In this document: positions 1 to 9,982 of the stretch, piece by piece
Position numbering within the stretch: position 1 is the stretch's first letter
Layout of the letters: each line of letters opens with the position of its first letter
Source of the DNA: a virus
Lineage: Duplodnaviria > Caudoviricetes
Direction: 5' to 3' (one strand)
IMG/VR virus record: IMGVR_UViG_2912723979_000001
Coordinates: 23,894-87,893 of that record
DNA length: 64,000 nucleotides
Notes under the pieces: generated by a model
The model's input: the letters and a program-made list of their open reading frames with translations, nothing else
What the model was told of the DNA's origin: nothing
Database searches by the model: none
Translations under genes and position numbers: made by a program

Positions 1-182
1 TCGGGCTCGGCCTGACCGACGTGACCGCCGGCCGCCAGGTCGTCGTGGTCCGCTCCGGCGACACCACCAATGTGACCGTGACCCCGGTCCGCACCGGCGC
101 GACCGCGTCCGACATCGGCGCCCAGGTCGGCCGCAGCGTCCGACGCGCCCGCAGGGGAGGGGTGGCAGCCCGTGCCTTCTGA
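1..182 (+). CDS. C-terminal end of probable tail tape measure protein (partial)
   Basis: Open frame from base 3 (GLGLTDVTAGRQVVVVRSGDTTNVTVTP...AARAF*) ends TGA 180-182, overlapping the Dit-like start; call rests on position. Confidence 0.55.
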   Translation, partial: GLGLTDVTAGRQVVVVRSGDTTNVTVTPVRTGATASDIGAQVGRSVRRARRGGVAARAF

Positions 183-1071
183 CCTGAACGACTGGCAGTA
201 CGACCTGGGCGGCGTCCTCATCGGCGCCGGCACCAACGTGAACGTCATCGACGTGACCGGGCTGGGACGCCCCCCGGTACGGGACAACGACACCGACCAG
301 CCATCCATGGACGGATCCTTCGCCGGCCCCGACTACTGGGCCGCCCGGCAGATCCAGTTCGACGCCGCCATCACCATCCCCGGCAACCCGACCGCCTGCT
401 ACGACGCGGTCGCCGCGCTGCAGGCGGCCGCCGACAACACCAGCGTCCGCCTGGTCGGCGGGCAGGGCATGACCCTGCGGGTCAAGCGGCCCGGAAGCCC
501 CGTCAAGGCGCTGACCGTCCGCGCCCGCAAGCTCGACCCCGAGTACAAGCAGGTCATCCACGGCTATGTGCCACTGGACATGGAGTTCTTCGCACACGAC
601 CCCACCTTCTACGCTGACGAGGACTCCACCACCGAGATCCCCCTGGGCTGGCTGACCGGCGGAGGATTCGCCGCCCCCGTGGTGGCACCGATCTACGTCC
701 AGGACGGCACCACGGCCGCCGACCGGCCCGGCTGGGTCACCAACCAGGGAGACGCCGACGCCTGGCCCATCATCCGCATCACCGGGCCATGCGCGAACGT
801 GACCGTCACCAACGTCGCCACGGGCCGCTCCCTCGCATTCCCCTCCCTCGACCTGGACGCCGGCCGCTGGATCGAGATCGACACCCGTCCCGGCTACCGC
901 ACTGCCACCTGGGACAACGGCGGCAACGCAGCCGCCGCCCTGTCCCCGAGCAGCCGCCTCGACCTGTTCTCCCTGCCACCCGGCACCTCCGAGATGCGCT
1001 GGACGGCCTTCGACAACACCAACTCAGCCCGCCTCCGCCTGACCTGGCGCGACGCCTACATAGCCCTCTGA
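172..1071 (+). CDS. Distal tail (Dit-like) protein
   Basis: 299 aa; GPVxNPxxxNxxTG-type C-terminal segment and LPPGTSEMRW...LTWRDAY ending typical of siphovirus Dit; follows tape measure. Confidence 0.75.
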   Translation: MPSDLNDWQYDLGGVLIGAGTNVNVIDVTGLGRPPVRDNDTDQPSMDGSFAGPDYWAARQIQFDAAITIPGNPTACYDAVAALQAAADNTSVRLVGGQGMTLRVKRPGSPVKALTVRARKLDPEYKQVIHGYVPLDMEFFAHDPTFYADEDSTTEIPLGWLTGGGFAAPVVAPIYVQDGTTAADRPGWVTNQGDADAWPIIRITGPCANVTVTNVATGRSLAFPSLDLDAGRWIEIDTRPGYRTATWDNGGNAAAALSPSSRLDLFSLPPGTSEMRWTAFDNTNSARLRLTWRDAYIAL

Positions 1072-1086
1072 AGGAGAGCCGACACC

Positions 1087-2022
1087 ATGGCCTTGTTTCC
1101 TCGGCCCATCCTCACCAACGGGGCCACCCACTCCGCGCAGCAGTTCCGCATGCTGGTCCGCGACCTCGCCCGCAGCGCCGAAGGCATCACCGAAGGCGAC
1201 GACCTGAAGGTCACCCAGCGCGACACCCCCGGCGCCGGAGTCGTCATCGGCGACGGATCCGGCGTCATCCAGGGCCGCGCCAACGCCTTCCAAGGCCACT
1301 ACAGCATCTGCAACATCGGCAGCATCGACGTACCGATCGCCGCGACGGGCAGCACCCCCCGCTCCGACATGGTCATCATCCGCGTGGAGGACCCCGAGTA
1401 CGAGGGAAGCCTGAACCCGGCCGTCGACCAGATCGTCTACCCGCAGGTCATCTCCAACGTGTCCTCGTCGGCCACCGCGATCCCCGACGGGCGGACCGGG
1501 ATCCCACTGGCCCGGATCGACATCCCCGCCTCCACGTCCACGATCACCACCGCGATGATCACCGACCTGCGGAAGGTCGCCAACCCGCGCAGCCAGCGCA
1601 CGCTGCTCACCCAGTCACCCACCGCCCTGTCCACCGACATCAGCGGAACCAGCGGCGCGTTCACCAACTTCTCCACCGCCCCGGGCTGGAGCGTCACCAT
1701 CCCCACCTGGGCCACCAAAGCAGTGCTGAGCCTGGCCGTCGGGCAGATCCGCTACAACACGGCCGCCTACTTCGGGCAGATCCGAGCCACGTTCGGGCCG
1801 TCGCTGACCGTGCAGCCCGTCAACCTCGACGACAACCAGAGCGGCATCCGCCGCGGCACCGTCGTCCTCGGCGACACCCTCACCATCCCCTGGAACTACC
1901 CCGGCACCACCCAGACGCTGCGCTTCCAGGCCTGCGGACTCAGCCCCAACCCCGGCAAGGTCGGCGTGGACGGCTCCACCACCCTCATCGCCGACATCAC
2001 GTTCAGCGAGGCCCCCAAGTGA
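1087..2022 (+). CDS. Minor tail protein
   Basis: 311 aa, RBS GAAGGAG; PRSDMVIIRVEDPEY and IPLARIDIPA motifs of actinophage minor tail proteins. Confidence 0.7.
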   Translation: MALFPRPILTNGATHSAQQFRMLVRDLARSAEGITEGDDLKVTQRDTPGAGVVIGDGSGVIQGRANAFQGHYSICNIGSIDVPIAATGSTPRSDMVIIRVEDPEYEGSLNPAVDQIVYPQVISNVSSSATAIPDGRTGIPLARIDIPASTSTITTAMITDLRKVANPRSQRTLLTQSPTALSTDISGTSGAFTNFSTAPGWSVTIPTWATKAVLSLAVGQIRYNTAAYFGQIRATFGPSLTVQPVNLDDNQSGIRRGTVVLGDTLTIPWNYPGTTQTLRFQACGLSPNPGKVGVDGSTTLIADITFSEAPK

Positions 2023-3125
2023 CCGGCCCCGTCCCGGACCGGGTCCTCACCCAGAACGCGGTCACCGGCGAGTGGCTGTCCACCGCCCTGCCCTTGACTG
2101 ACCTGGAGTACGGCGACGAACTCAACGGGCCCGGCAGCCTGTCCGGGAAACTGTCCCCAAGGCTGCTCGCCTCCAACCCGACGCTGGCCGACCCCGGCAA
2201 CACGTTCATCTACGTCGAATCATCCGGGCAGCTGCAGTGGGGCGGCATCATATGGGACGTCCGCACCCAGGGCTCCGACTACGCCATCGAGGCCGCCTCC
2301 TGGTCGTCCTACCTGCAGCACCGCTACGACCTCGACGGGAACTACGGCGGCCGCGGCCCCTACACCTACGCCGACCGCTGCAACGTCATCCGCGACATCT
2401 GGGCCTACGCCCAGGCAGCCGCCGACGGCAACCTCGGCGTCCTCGTCGACACCACCACCTCCACGTCGACCATCGGCACCCCCCAGGACGTGTACGCCTC
2501 CAACGCCTGGGACATGAACTGCCTCGGCGACCAGATAGACAACCTCGTCTCCGGTGACGCCACCCCCGACTACACCTGCTTCACCTCCTGGAACACGGCC
2601 AAGACCGACGTGATCAAACGGATCCGGCTGGGCTGGCCACGCCTCGGAGCCCGCCGTACCGACATCACGTTCTCCTCCGGCGTCAACATCATCGAGGACC
2701 CCGAAGTCGTCCTCGGCGGCGACGACTACGCCCAGGTCGTCATCGCCAGCGGCGCCGGCGACGGATCAGCGAAACTCCGGCAGATCTCCGCCGTCCGCAA
2801 CGGCCGGCTCCGCATGGAAGCCGCGGTCGACGCACCCGAACTCAACGGCAACGACACCCTCAAGGCCCGCGCGGACGCCGAACGCGCGTGGCGGCAGGTC
2901 CTCGGCTCTGTCGACCAGGTCACCCTCCGAGACACCCCTGCCGCACCATTCGGCAGCTACCAGATCGGGGACGACGTCTACACCCGCGTCCACAACGCCT
3001 GGACCGACTTCACCGGCTGGTGCCGCATCACCGGCTGGTCCCGGAAGCCGGCCGCACAGGGCGGCCCGCAGACCGTCGTCACCCTCAAGCCAGCCAGCAT
3101 GTACAACTACGGGGGCATCGCCTGA
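2019..3125 (+). CDS. Minor tail / baseplate hub-like protein
   Basis: GTG at 2019 overlaps upstream stop (GTGA); C-terminal 368 aa of track ORF 789..3125; LNGPGSLSG, LQWGGIIW motifs. Confidence 0.7.
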   Translation: MTGPVPDRVLTQNAVTGEWLSTALPLTDLEYGDELNGPGSLSGKLSPRLLASNPTLADPGNTFIYVESSGQLQWGGIIWDVRTQGSDYAIEAASWSSYLQHRYDLDGNYGGRGPYTYADRCNVIRDIWAYAQAAADGNLGVLVDTTTSTSTIGTPQDVYASNAWDMNCLGDQIDNLVSGDATPDYTCFTSWNTAKTDVIKRIRLGWPRLGARRTDITFSSGVNIIEDPEVVLGGDDYAQVVIASGAGDGSAKLRQISAVRNGRLRMEAAVDAPELNGNDTLKARADAERAWRQVLGSVDQVTLRDTPAAPFGSYQIGDDVYTRVHNAWTDFTGWCRITGWSRKPAAQGGPQTVVTLKPASMYNYGGIA

Positions 3126-5041
3126 TGGACATCACTGACATCGGACGCACGCTGCAGAACCTCGCCAGCCGTCTGGCGAAAGTCGAACGCTCCGCCCGTC
3201 TGTCCCACGCGGCCATCGACAACACCGCGGTCGTCGTCAAGGACGGCACCGGAGGCCTTCGCGGCATCATCGGCGTCCAGGCCGACGGCACCACCGCGGT
3301 GAACATCGTCAACGGTGCGCCGCCGCCGCAGCCCTCCGCACCCATCGTCGCGTCCGTCCTGGGCGGCGTGACGGCCTCATGGGACGGCACATTCGCTGAC
3401 GGCAGCACGCCCCCGCTGGACTGGTCCCGGGTCGAGGTCCATGCCTCCACCAGCGCGGCGTACGACCCGGTGCCTGGCACGCTGCAGGGAACGATCGAGA
3501 CCGCACAGGGCGCCACCGTCGTCGTCCCCTGCGATGCCCCCGTCTACGTGCAGCTGGTCGCCCGCAATACGTCCGGCACAGCGTCCTCACCATCCGCGAT
3601 CATCGGTCCCACGGGGCCTACCAAGGTGGTTGCCGACGACGTAGTGGACGGCGTCATCACCACCGTCAAGCTCGCCGACGACGCGGTCACCCAGGCAAAG
3701 GTCGCAGCCGGAGCCATCGGAACCACCGAGATCAGCGACGACGCGGTCACCACCCCGAAGCTGGTAGCCGGCGCTGTACAGGCCGGGAAGATCGCTGCGG
3801 ACGCCGTACAAGCGGGAACCATCGCTGCGGGCGCCGTGACCGGCCGGGAAATCGCCGCTCTCGCTGTCACAGCAGACAAGATCGACGCCAACGCCATCAC
3901 TGCCGGGAAGATCCAGGCCGGCGCCGTGGACGCCACCGCACTTGCCGCGGACGCCATCACCGGGAAAACGATCACCGGTGGAACGATCAACGGAACCACC
4001 ATCACCGGCGGCACGATCCAGACCGCCACCAGCGGCGAACGCATCACCCTCAACGAGTCCGGCAACAACAAGATCTTCATCTACGACGGAACCGGCTCCC
4101 TCGTCTCCTCGGTGACCCCTACCGGGATCTCACTTCTGGGACCGAGCGGCAACGCCATCACCCTCAGCCCAGCCGTCACCGTCACCGGCTCAACGAACAC
4201 CTATCCGGCACTGCGATGGTTCAACTCCACCCAGACGAAGGTGGCAAAAGTCGTGGCTCCCGACGGCACGACCGGCGAGCTGAACCTGCAACTGCAGTCG
4301 AGCACCGGCAACATGCTGTCCATCGAAGACACCGTCTCCGTCTTCAACGGAAGCCGCCTCCAGGTACTGCCGCCCGCCTCCACCTTCAGCGCCCTGTTCG
4401 TACAGCCTGCCGCAGCACACACCGGATACCTGGCCCGGTTCCAGCGCAATTCCGTCGACTACTTCACCGTCGACGCGAACGGCAACACCGCCATCCAGGG
4501 CAATCTCAACGTCACCGGGAACCTGACGGTCACCGGGAACCTAACCATCGCTGGTATCGGCCAACGAGTCACCAAACGCCGCACCACCGACCTCTCCCGG
4601 GCCAGCACCACCACACTGACCGCCGACAGCCAGATCACCTTCACAGTCGACGCCAACGCCACCTACCAACTCGACGGCTACCTCAAGTACTCCGGCGCCA
4701 ACGACATCGTCTTCGGCTGGTCCTACCCCACCGGCACGCTCGGGGAATGGCACGGCCTCGGCAACGGCACCAGCGTCATCTCCGGCACCACCGCGGGCGG
4801 CACCCAACAAGACCAGATCAGCTCCTGGGGCTACACGCTGCGCACCGAATCAACCGACATCGCCAACGCCCGCACCTACGGAGGCGTCGGCACCACCGCC
4901 TTCGGCGTCCACATCCGCGGCCTCATCCGCGTCGGCTCCACCGGCGGCACCTTCGCCCTGACCTGGTCCCAGGGAACAGCCGGCACAACAGCCACCATCC
5001 TGTACACCGACTCCCACATCCGCCTCGAGAAAGTGACCTGA
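3125..5041 (+). CDS. Tail fibre / receptor-binding protein
   Basis: ATG 3125 overlaps upstream TGA; repeated AVTxxKIAAGAV units, GNLNVTGNLTVTGNLTI beta-helix-like repeat, distinct C-terminal domain. Confidence 0.75.
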   Translation: MDITDIGRTLQNLASRLAKVERSARLSHAAIDNTAVVVKDGTGGLRGIIGVQADGTTAVNIVNGAPPPQPSAPIVASVLGGVTASWDGTFADGSTPPLDWSRVEVHASTSAAYDPVPGTLQGTIETAQGATVVVPCDAPVYVQLVARNTSGTASSPSAIIGPTGPTKVVADDVVDGVITTVKLADDAVTQAKVAAGAIGTTEISDDAVTTPKLVAGAVQAGKIAADAVQAGTIAAGAVTGREIAALAVTADKIDANAITAGKIQAGAVDATALAADAITGKTITGGTINGTTITGGTIQTATSGERITLNESGNNKIFIYDGTGSLVSSVTPTGISLLGPSGNAITLSPAVTVTGSTNTYPALRWFNSTQTKVAKVVAPDGTTGELNLQLQSSTGNMLSIEDTVSVFNGSRLQVLPPASTFSALFVQPAAAHTGYLARFQRNSVDYFTVDANGNTAIQGNLNVTGNLTVTGNLTIAGIGQRVTKRRTTDLSRASTTTLTADSQITFTVDANATYQLDGYLKYSGANDIVFGWSYPTGTLGEWHGLGNGTSVISGTTAGGTQQDQISSWGYTLRTESTDIANARTYGGVGTTAFGVHIRGLIRVGSTGGTFALTWSQGTAGTTATILYTDSHIRLEKVT

Positions 5042-5045
5042 CCCG

Positions 5046-5267
5046 ATGGAATACCCCTTCAACCGGATCACCGGCCAGACCAACCGAGACGACACGACCG
5101 TCTACGTATCGATCTACGTGCAGGCCGAATACCTCACGATCGACGAAGCAGCCCTGACCGCAGCAGTCCAGCAGTGGCTCCTCGCCCAGGTCCCGGCCAT
5201 CACCTCCACCACCGCCGAACGCCGCGACCAGACCTTCCCCGTCACACCGCTGCCGCCGCTGCCGTAG
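5046..5267 (+). CDS. Hypothetical protein (possible fibre-associated)
   Basis: 73 aa directly after fibre gene, good codon usage. Confidence 0.55.
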   Translation: MEYPFNRITGQTNRDDTTVYVSIYVQAEYLTIDEAALTAAVQQWLLAQVPAITSTTAERRDQTFPVTPLPPLP

Positions 5268-5410
5268 CCGAGGGAACACGCCAACCATCACGTCTTAGCC
5301 TGAGATCACCGGGCGACCCTCCGCCCCTGCTTCACCCCGAGGGACGACCGCCCACAGCGGTACGCCACACCAGTCGGCCTGGGCGCGGGGAGATCCAGGA
5401 GCAAGGGCGC

Positions 5411-6238
5411 GTGCCCGACCTCGACATCAAGCAGTACGACGTGACCGGCCAGCTCGGCCGGCACATGGTCCTCGACGAACGCAGCCTCGCCTACACCAGG
5501 CGCTACGACGGCGAACGCATCAAGCCCGCCGAGTGGGCTCCGAAGGTGCCGGTCCTGGACCAGGAAGACCTGCTCGCCCAGGACATCCACACCTCACAGC
5601 TGTTCGAAGGCGTCGACGACGTGGACGCCCTCGGCTCGTGCACCGGCAACGCCGGCACCGAACTGATCTCCGTCCTCCACGACGCGGACACCCTCAAGAC
5701 GGCCGGCCTCGACGTCACCGACCCGGTGGCCGCCGAAAGGTGGGCTATCGGCCTCTACTCCGACGCCACCCACCGCGACCAGTGGCACGACGCCGCCTAC
5801 CCCTCCGACGACTGCGGCTCCTCCGGCCTCGGTATCGCCAAGGCACTGCGCTCCCGCGGCCTGATCGACCAGTACGGACACGCCACCAACGCCCTGGAAC
5901 TGTGCCGGGACCTGCAGACCGGCCCGTTCCTGATGGGAACCGTCTGGTACCAGGCCTGGTTCGAGCCGACCACCCCCTCCGCCCTCCTGGACGACATCAA
6001 GGGCTGGGAGAAGTCCCCCGTCGCGGGCGGCCACGAAGTATGCGTGACCGCCCTCGAGGACGTCGTCTTCGACTCCAGCGGCTCCCTCGACTACAAGCGC
6101 ACCATCCTGCGCCTGCGCAACCACTGGACGCGCTCCTGGGGCGACGAAGGCGAATTCCGCATGTCGCTCGCCCTCTACCAGCAGCTACGCGACGACATCG
6201 ACCTGATCCAGCCCCGCCTGGACGCCTACCACAAGTAG
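5411..6238 (+). CDS. Papain-like (C1-family) cysteine protease
   Basis: Probable GTG start 5411; LGSCTGNA (Cys), GGHEVCV (His), LRNHWTRSWGDEG (Asn) match the papain triad. Confidence 0.8.
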   Translation: MPDLDIKQYDVTGQLGRHMVLDERSLAYTRRYDGERIKPAEWAPKVPVLDQEDLLAQDIHTSQLFEGVDDVDALGSCTGNAGTELISVLHDADTLKTAGLDVTDPVAAERWAIGLYSDATHRDQWHDAAYPSDDCGSSGLGIAKALRSRGLIDQYGHATNALELCRDLQTGPFLMGTVWYQAWFEPTTPSALLDDIKGWEKSPVAGGHEVCVTALEDVVFDSSGSLDYKRTILRLRNHWTRSWGDEGEFRMSLALYQQLRDDIDLIQPRLDAYHK

Positions 6239-6266
6239 CCCCCGCCCCGCCCTCAAGGAGATCAGC

Positions 6267-6650
6267 ATGAACACCCCGAAGAAGTCCCCCGACCAGCCGG
6301 ACGCCGCCGCGCCCGAGCCGGCCACCGCCCCGGAGAACAGCCCGTCCTCGGAGCCCGCCACCGAACCACACGCCACCCACACAAGCGGCGGCGACTACGA
6401 GCCCTACCCGGGCGCCGCCTACTTCCACGGAGGCCGCACCAGCGACGTCATCGCCGTCATGGCACAGCGCCTGAACCAGGAAGGCTTCAGCGACTACCGC
6501 CTGGGCGCGGACTGGACGAACTCCCACCGCCGGGCGTTCAAGACGTTCCAGGAGTCGCTGCGCCCCAAGGGCGGCGGAGACACTTCCGGCATCCCCGACG
6601 AGGCCGCCTGGAACAAGCTGCGCGTCCCGCGCGTCACCCCGGAGGCATGA
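6267..6650 (+). CDS. Stand-alone peptidoglycan-binding-domain protein
   Basis: C-terminal YEPYPGAAYF...AWNKLRVP aligns by eye with endolysin C-terminus YEPFPGAGWF...TWDKLHVP. Confidence 0.7.
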   Translation: MNTPKKSPDQPDAAAPEPATAPENSPSSEPATEPHATHTSGGDYEPYPGAAYFHGGRTSDVIAVMAQRLNQEGFSDYRLGADWTNSHRRAFKTFQESLRPKGGGDTSGIPDEAAWNKLRVPRVTPEA

Positions 6651-7576
6651 CCATGGCCACCTGCCGCGGAATCGACGTAAGCGCCTACCAGGGCACCCAG
6701 GACTGGACAGCGTGGAAGAAGCAGGGCGTCGTCTTCGCCTTCGCCAAGGCGTCCGAGGGGCAGAGCACTCACGACCCGAAGTTCGCCACCCACATCAAGG
6801 GCATCAAGGCCGCCGACCTCGTCCCGGGCGGCTACCACTTCGCGTGGCCGAACCAAGACCCGCGCAAGGAGGCCGCGAACTACATTGCCGCGGTCAAGGG
6901 GGTCGCGGGCAAGGGCTTCTGTCACTGGCTCGACCTGGAGCGCTACAGCGACGGCCGGAACTACCGCGGTAAGAGCGACGCGCAGATCCGCGACTGGGTC
7001 ACCACGTGGCTCGCCGCTGTGCGCACGGCGTTCCCCGGGCAGCGCGTCGGCGTCTACACGAGCGCCGACGACCTCGCCAAGGGCCACGTGCCGTCTGGAA
7101 CGCCGCTCTGGTACCCGGCCTACCCGGGATCGTCCGTGGACACCTTCACGGAGGCGGAAGGACACTCGAAGCCCAAGCCCAGCGGCTGGACGCCGCTCAT
7201 CTGGCAGTTCACCTCGGATCCCGCGGGTCCCACCCGCATCGACCAGTCCATCGCCTACATGTTCGCGGCCGACTTCCGCGCCTGGGCCGGCAGCGCGTCG
7301 GCGCCCGCACCGAAGCCAGCCTCGAAGTACGAGCCGTTCCCCGGTGCCGGCTGGTTCACGATGGGCCGCAAGAGCCCGATCGTCGCCGCGATGCACGACC
7401 GGCTTGTCGCTGTGGGCTGCAACCACTACCAGTCCTCGAAGAACAAGGACGTCATCGGCTCCGGCGACAAGGCGAGCTACGAGGCGTGGCAGCGCAAGTG
7501 CGGCTTCACCGGTGCCGCCGCCACCTGGCCGCCCGGCAAGACCACCTGGGACAAGCTTCACGTCCCCAACGTCTGA
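6647..7576 (+). CDS. Endolysin, GH25 muramidase with C-terminal wall-binding domain
   Basis: GIDVSAYQG, KASEG, GGYHF, WLDLE, WQFTS motifs of GH25. Confidence 0.9.
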   Translation: MTMATCRGIDVSAYQGTQDWTAWKKQGVVFAFAKASEGQSTHDPKFATHIKGIKAADLVPGGYHFAWPNQDPRKEAANYIAAVKGVAGKGFCHWLDLERYSDGRNYRGKSDAQIRDWVTTWLAAVRTAFPGQRVGVYTSADDLAKGHVPSGTPLWYPAYPGSSVDTFTEAEGHSKPKPSGWTPLIWQFTSDPAGPTRIDQSIAYMFAADFRAWAGSASAPAPKPASKYEPFPGAGWFTMGRKSPIVAAMHDRLVAVGCNHYQSSKNKDVIGSGDKASYEAWQRKCGFTGAAATWPPGKTTWDKLHVPNV

Positions 7577-7613
7577 CCCCTCCGACACCACCCACCCGCT
7601 CTAGGAGACCACC

Positions 7614-7976
7614 GTGTCACCCACCAAACTGTTCGGTCGTGAACCGGCCGCCTGGCTGGCCCTCATCGCGGTCGCCGTGAAGCTTGCCGCCGCGTTCGGC
7701 CTGGACGTCACCGCCGACCAGCAGGCCACCATCAACGCCGTCGCCGCGGCCGCGATGGGCGTCCTGATCGCCGCCGTCGCCCACGACGGTGTCGGCGCCG
7801 CCGTCATCGGCCTCGCGCAGGCCGGCCTCGCCCTCGCCATCGGGTTCGGCCTGGACTGGTCCGCCGACCGGCAGGCAGTCGTCATGGCCGCCGTCACCGT
7901 GGTGGTCGGCATGTGGGACCGCACCCAGGTCACCGCCCCGATCCCGGCAGAAGCCGTGCGCCGCCGCACCGCCTGA
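7614..7976 (+). CDS. Holin
   Basis: 120 aa, several hydrophobic helices, KLFGREPAAW start, directly after endolysin. Confidence 0.75.
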   Translation: MSPTKLFGREPAAWLALIAVAVKLAAAFGLDVTADQQATINAVAAAAMGVLIAAVAHDGVGAAVIGLAQAGLALAIGFGLDWSADRQAVVMAAVTVVVGMWDRTQVTAPIPAEAVRRRTA

Positions 7977-8015
7977 CCCTTGTCCGCCCACTTACCCCCC
8001 ACACCGGAGCACACC

Positions 8016-8360
8016 GTGATCGATGAGCCGTCTCTGGGCGAGCTGGGGCGACTCATCCAGGCGCTCCGGGGCGATGTCCGAGACGACATGGCACAGATCA
8101 ACGCCCGTCTCGACCGGCTCGTCAGCATGGACGTCTACACCGTGGAGAAGGCAGCGATGACCAAGGACATCGCCGACCTCACCAAAGACGTAGAGCAGTT
8201 GGCCGCCAAGCAAACCCAGGACATCGCGGCCCTCCAGGACCAGCGGCAGAAAGACAACGACCGAGTCACCCAGACCAGACGGTGGGTCGTCGCATCGGTA
8301 GTCATCCCGCTGCTGGGACTCGTGCTGCCGATCGTTTTGTTCATGGCAGGAGGAAAATGA
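8016..8360 (+). CDS. Coiled-coil protein with C-terminal TM helix (lysis-associated)
   Basis: GTG 8016 after GGAG RBS; PSLGELGR start, [22 protein letters not shown] tail. Confidence 0.65.
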   Translation: MIDEPSLGELGRLIQALRGDVRDDMAQINARLDRLVSMDVYTVEKAAMTKDIADLTKDVEQLAAKQTQDIAALQDQRQKDNDRVTQTRRWVVASVVIPLLGLVLPIVLFMAGGK

Positions 8361-9034
8361 CTCACCCGAGGTCTGGCAGCCGGGTGGAGGCACGCAAGCG
8401 TCACCGGCGAGGGAACTGGATCGCTGCTGCGGCGATCGTCATCGCGGGCGGCGCCCTGGCGGCGGTCGTCACCGCCTTCTTCACGCTGTCTCAGCAACTG
8501 GAGCGGGCCAACCACGCCCGGGATCTACTGGCGGCTCAGGTGCAGCAGCTCGGCGGTACCCCGGTGGCCGGCCCACCAGGATCGCGGGGCACCCCCGGGG
8601 CTACCGGATTGGTCGGCCCGCCCGGCCCTGCGGGACCTTCCGGCCGGCCGGGGGAGTCCGGGAAGCCGGGCAAGCCCGCGCCCACCATCACCCCAAGCCC
8701 CGGGCCCTCAGGCCCGACGGGTCCGGCAGGGGCACCCGGAGCCGACTCCACCCTCCCCGGGCCGACCGGACCGGAGGGACAGCCCGGAGCCTCCGGAGCG
8801 CCCGGCCGCGACGGGGCGAACGGGGCGCCTCCGTCGTCGTGGACGTACAGCGACGAGTACGGGAATACCTACGAGTGCGTGCCGGTCAGCGACTTCGACC
8901 CGAGCGACCCGCGGTACCGGTGCACACAGACATCCACCGCGTCCCCCACCACGTCGCCGGCGCCACCAAGCTCGTCGGATCCTGCCCCGTCGCCCAGCTC
9001 ACTCGCTCCGCTGGGCCTCGCACCTCGGTTGTAG
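8357..9034 (+). CDS. Membrane-anchored collagen-like protein
   Basis: ATGA overlap; N-terminal TM, long Gly-X-Y run, small two-Cys C-terminal domain. Confidence 0.75.
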   Translation: MTHPRSGSRVEARKRHRRGNWIAAAAIVIAGGALAAVVTAFFTLSQQLERANHARDLLAAQVQQLGGTPVAGPPGSRGTPGATGLVGPPGPAGPSGRPGESGKPGKPAPTITPSPGPSGPTGPAGAPGADSTLPGPTGPEGQPGASGAPGRDGANGAPPSSWTYSDEYGNTYECVPVSDFDPSDPRYRCTQTSTASPTTSPAPPSSSDPAPSPSSLAPLGLAPRL

Positions 9035-9067
9035 CGCGCGGACCACCACATCGTGCTGCCTGCAACA

Positions 9068-9103
9068 GAGGGAAGGCCCCCACCAGTGGTAGGGGCCCTC
9101 CTT
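9068..9103 (+). terminator. Probable terminator ending late operon
   Basis: GGCCCC-CACCAGTGGTA-GGGGCC hairpin between convergent genes. Confidence 0.5.
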
Positions 9104-9112
9104 GTGTGACTG

Positions 9113-9307
9113 CTAGTGGCGGCGCTCCCACATGAGGAGCAGGATGCTGACGGCGCCGCTCCCGAGGCTGTATGAGGCACCCCGGATGAACTGGCGCTTT
9201 GCGTCGCGACCGTAGCGTGCAGCCTTTCCTGCAGCCCACTCACGCATACGACGAGGGACACGAGACAGTTGGTGCCATGTCCGCCGGACATTGCTAGGCT
9301 GGCTCAC
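9113..9307 (-). CDS. Small membrane protein
   Basis: 64 aa, basic N-terminus, RGASYSLGSGAVSILLLMW hydrophobic tail; paralog at 15170..15340. Confidence 0.55.
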   Translation of the reverse strand: MSQPSNVRRTWHQLSRVPRRMREWAAGKAARYGRDAKRQFIRGASYSLGSGAVSILLLMWERRH

Positions 9308-9707
9308 GATGTTCCCTTCACTTCCTTTCAGTGCCTGATCGGATTTGGGTCATCACGCAGGGAGCCCTCCTGACGCTGGGCCTAGGAAACTTCGCGTCGG
9401 GGTTGGGCTCCTTCTGCTTCCAGCAGTCTAGTGAGGCATGCAAGCAGAACTGTCGACTTGTGGGTGCCATCTGACGGCCCGTCTCAACTGGTCGTAGTGG
9501 GTTGTACCGTCCGGTCCCGGCTGGTCCCCACTAGTCCCGTGAAACGCGGGATCAACCCGGAGGAATCATCCACTCCGAAACCGGTTGTGTGACGGTCGTC
9601 ACTTTCAAGAACAACGCGGCCCAGATAGTGAACGCGAGTCCTCAGCTACTGTGCATGACGGTGCCCCGGCTGCTTTCCTCAGCCGGGGCACCGTCACAAG
9701 CACTGGA

Positions 9708-9971
9708 TCAGGCGAGATCGCTACCATGCTCCTCGTTCATCTGCGAGGCTTCTTCCCACGTCAATGCTCGACGGCCGTATACGAGTTCAGCACCTCCGGA
9801 GTGGAGCTTGTCCAGGAGCCGCTGCGTCCGATCGCGCGCGTCCTGAGCAGCTTCCTCGGCGTACCACTCGACCAGCTCATCGGGCGTCGCATCTACGATG
9901 ACGAAGGCGTCGACGACGCTGGAGAAGACAGCTAGACGGCCGTCTGGCTGCTTGATGATCTGGTGTCCCAC
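9708..9971 (-). CDS. Hypothetical protein
   Basis: 87 aa, RBS, last gene of leftward cassette array. Confidence 0.65.
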   Translation of the reverse strand: MGHQIIKQPDGRLAVFSSVVDAFVIVDATPDELVEWYAEEAAQDARDRTQRLLDKLHSGGAELVYGRRALTWEEASQMNEEHGSDLA

Positions 9972-9982
9972 AGTAGTTCTCC

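Noticed and set aside
789-2018. N-terminal extension of track ORF 789..3125 (and similarly 2888, 5174, 8282, 41659, 42687)
   Set aside because: Arg/Pro-rich off-frame read-through typical of high-GC DNA; real starts are at coupled downstream codons
3640-4030. Tandem DNA repeats in the fibre gene as a variable or DGR target
   Set aside because: Repeats are protein-level AVTxxKI units with synonymous divergence; no reverse transcriptase or template repeat seen
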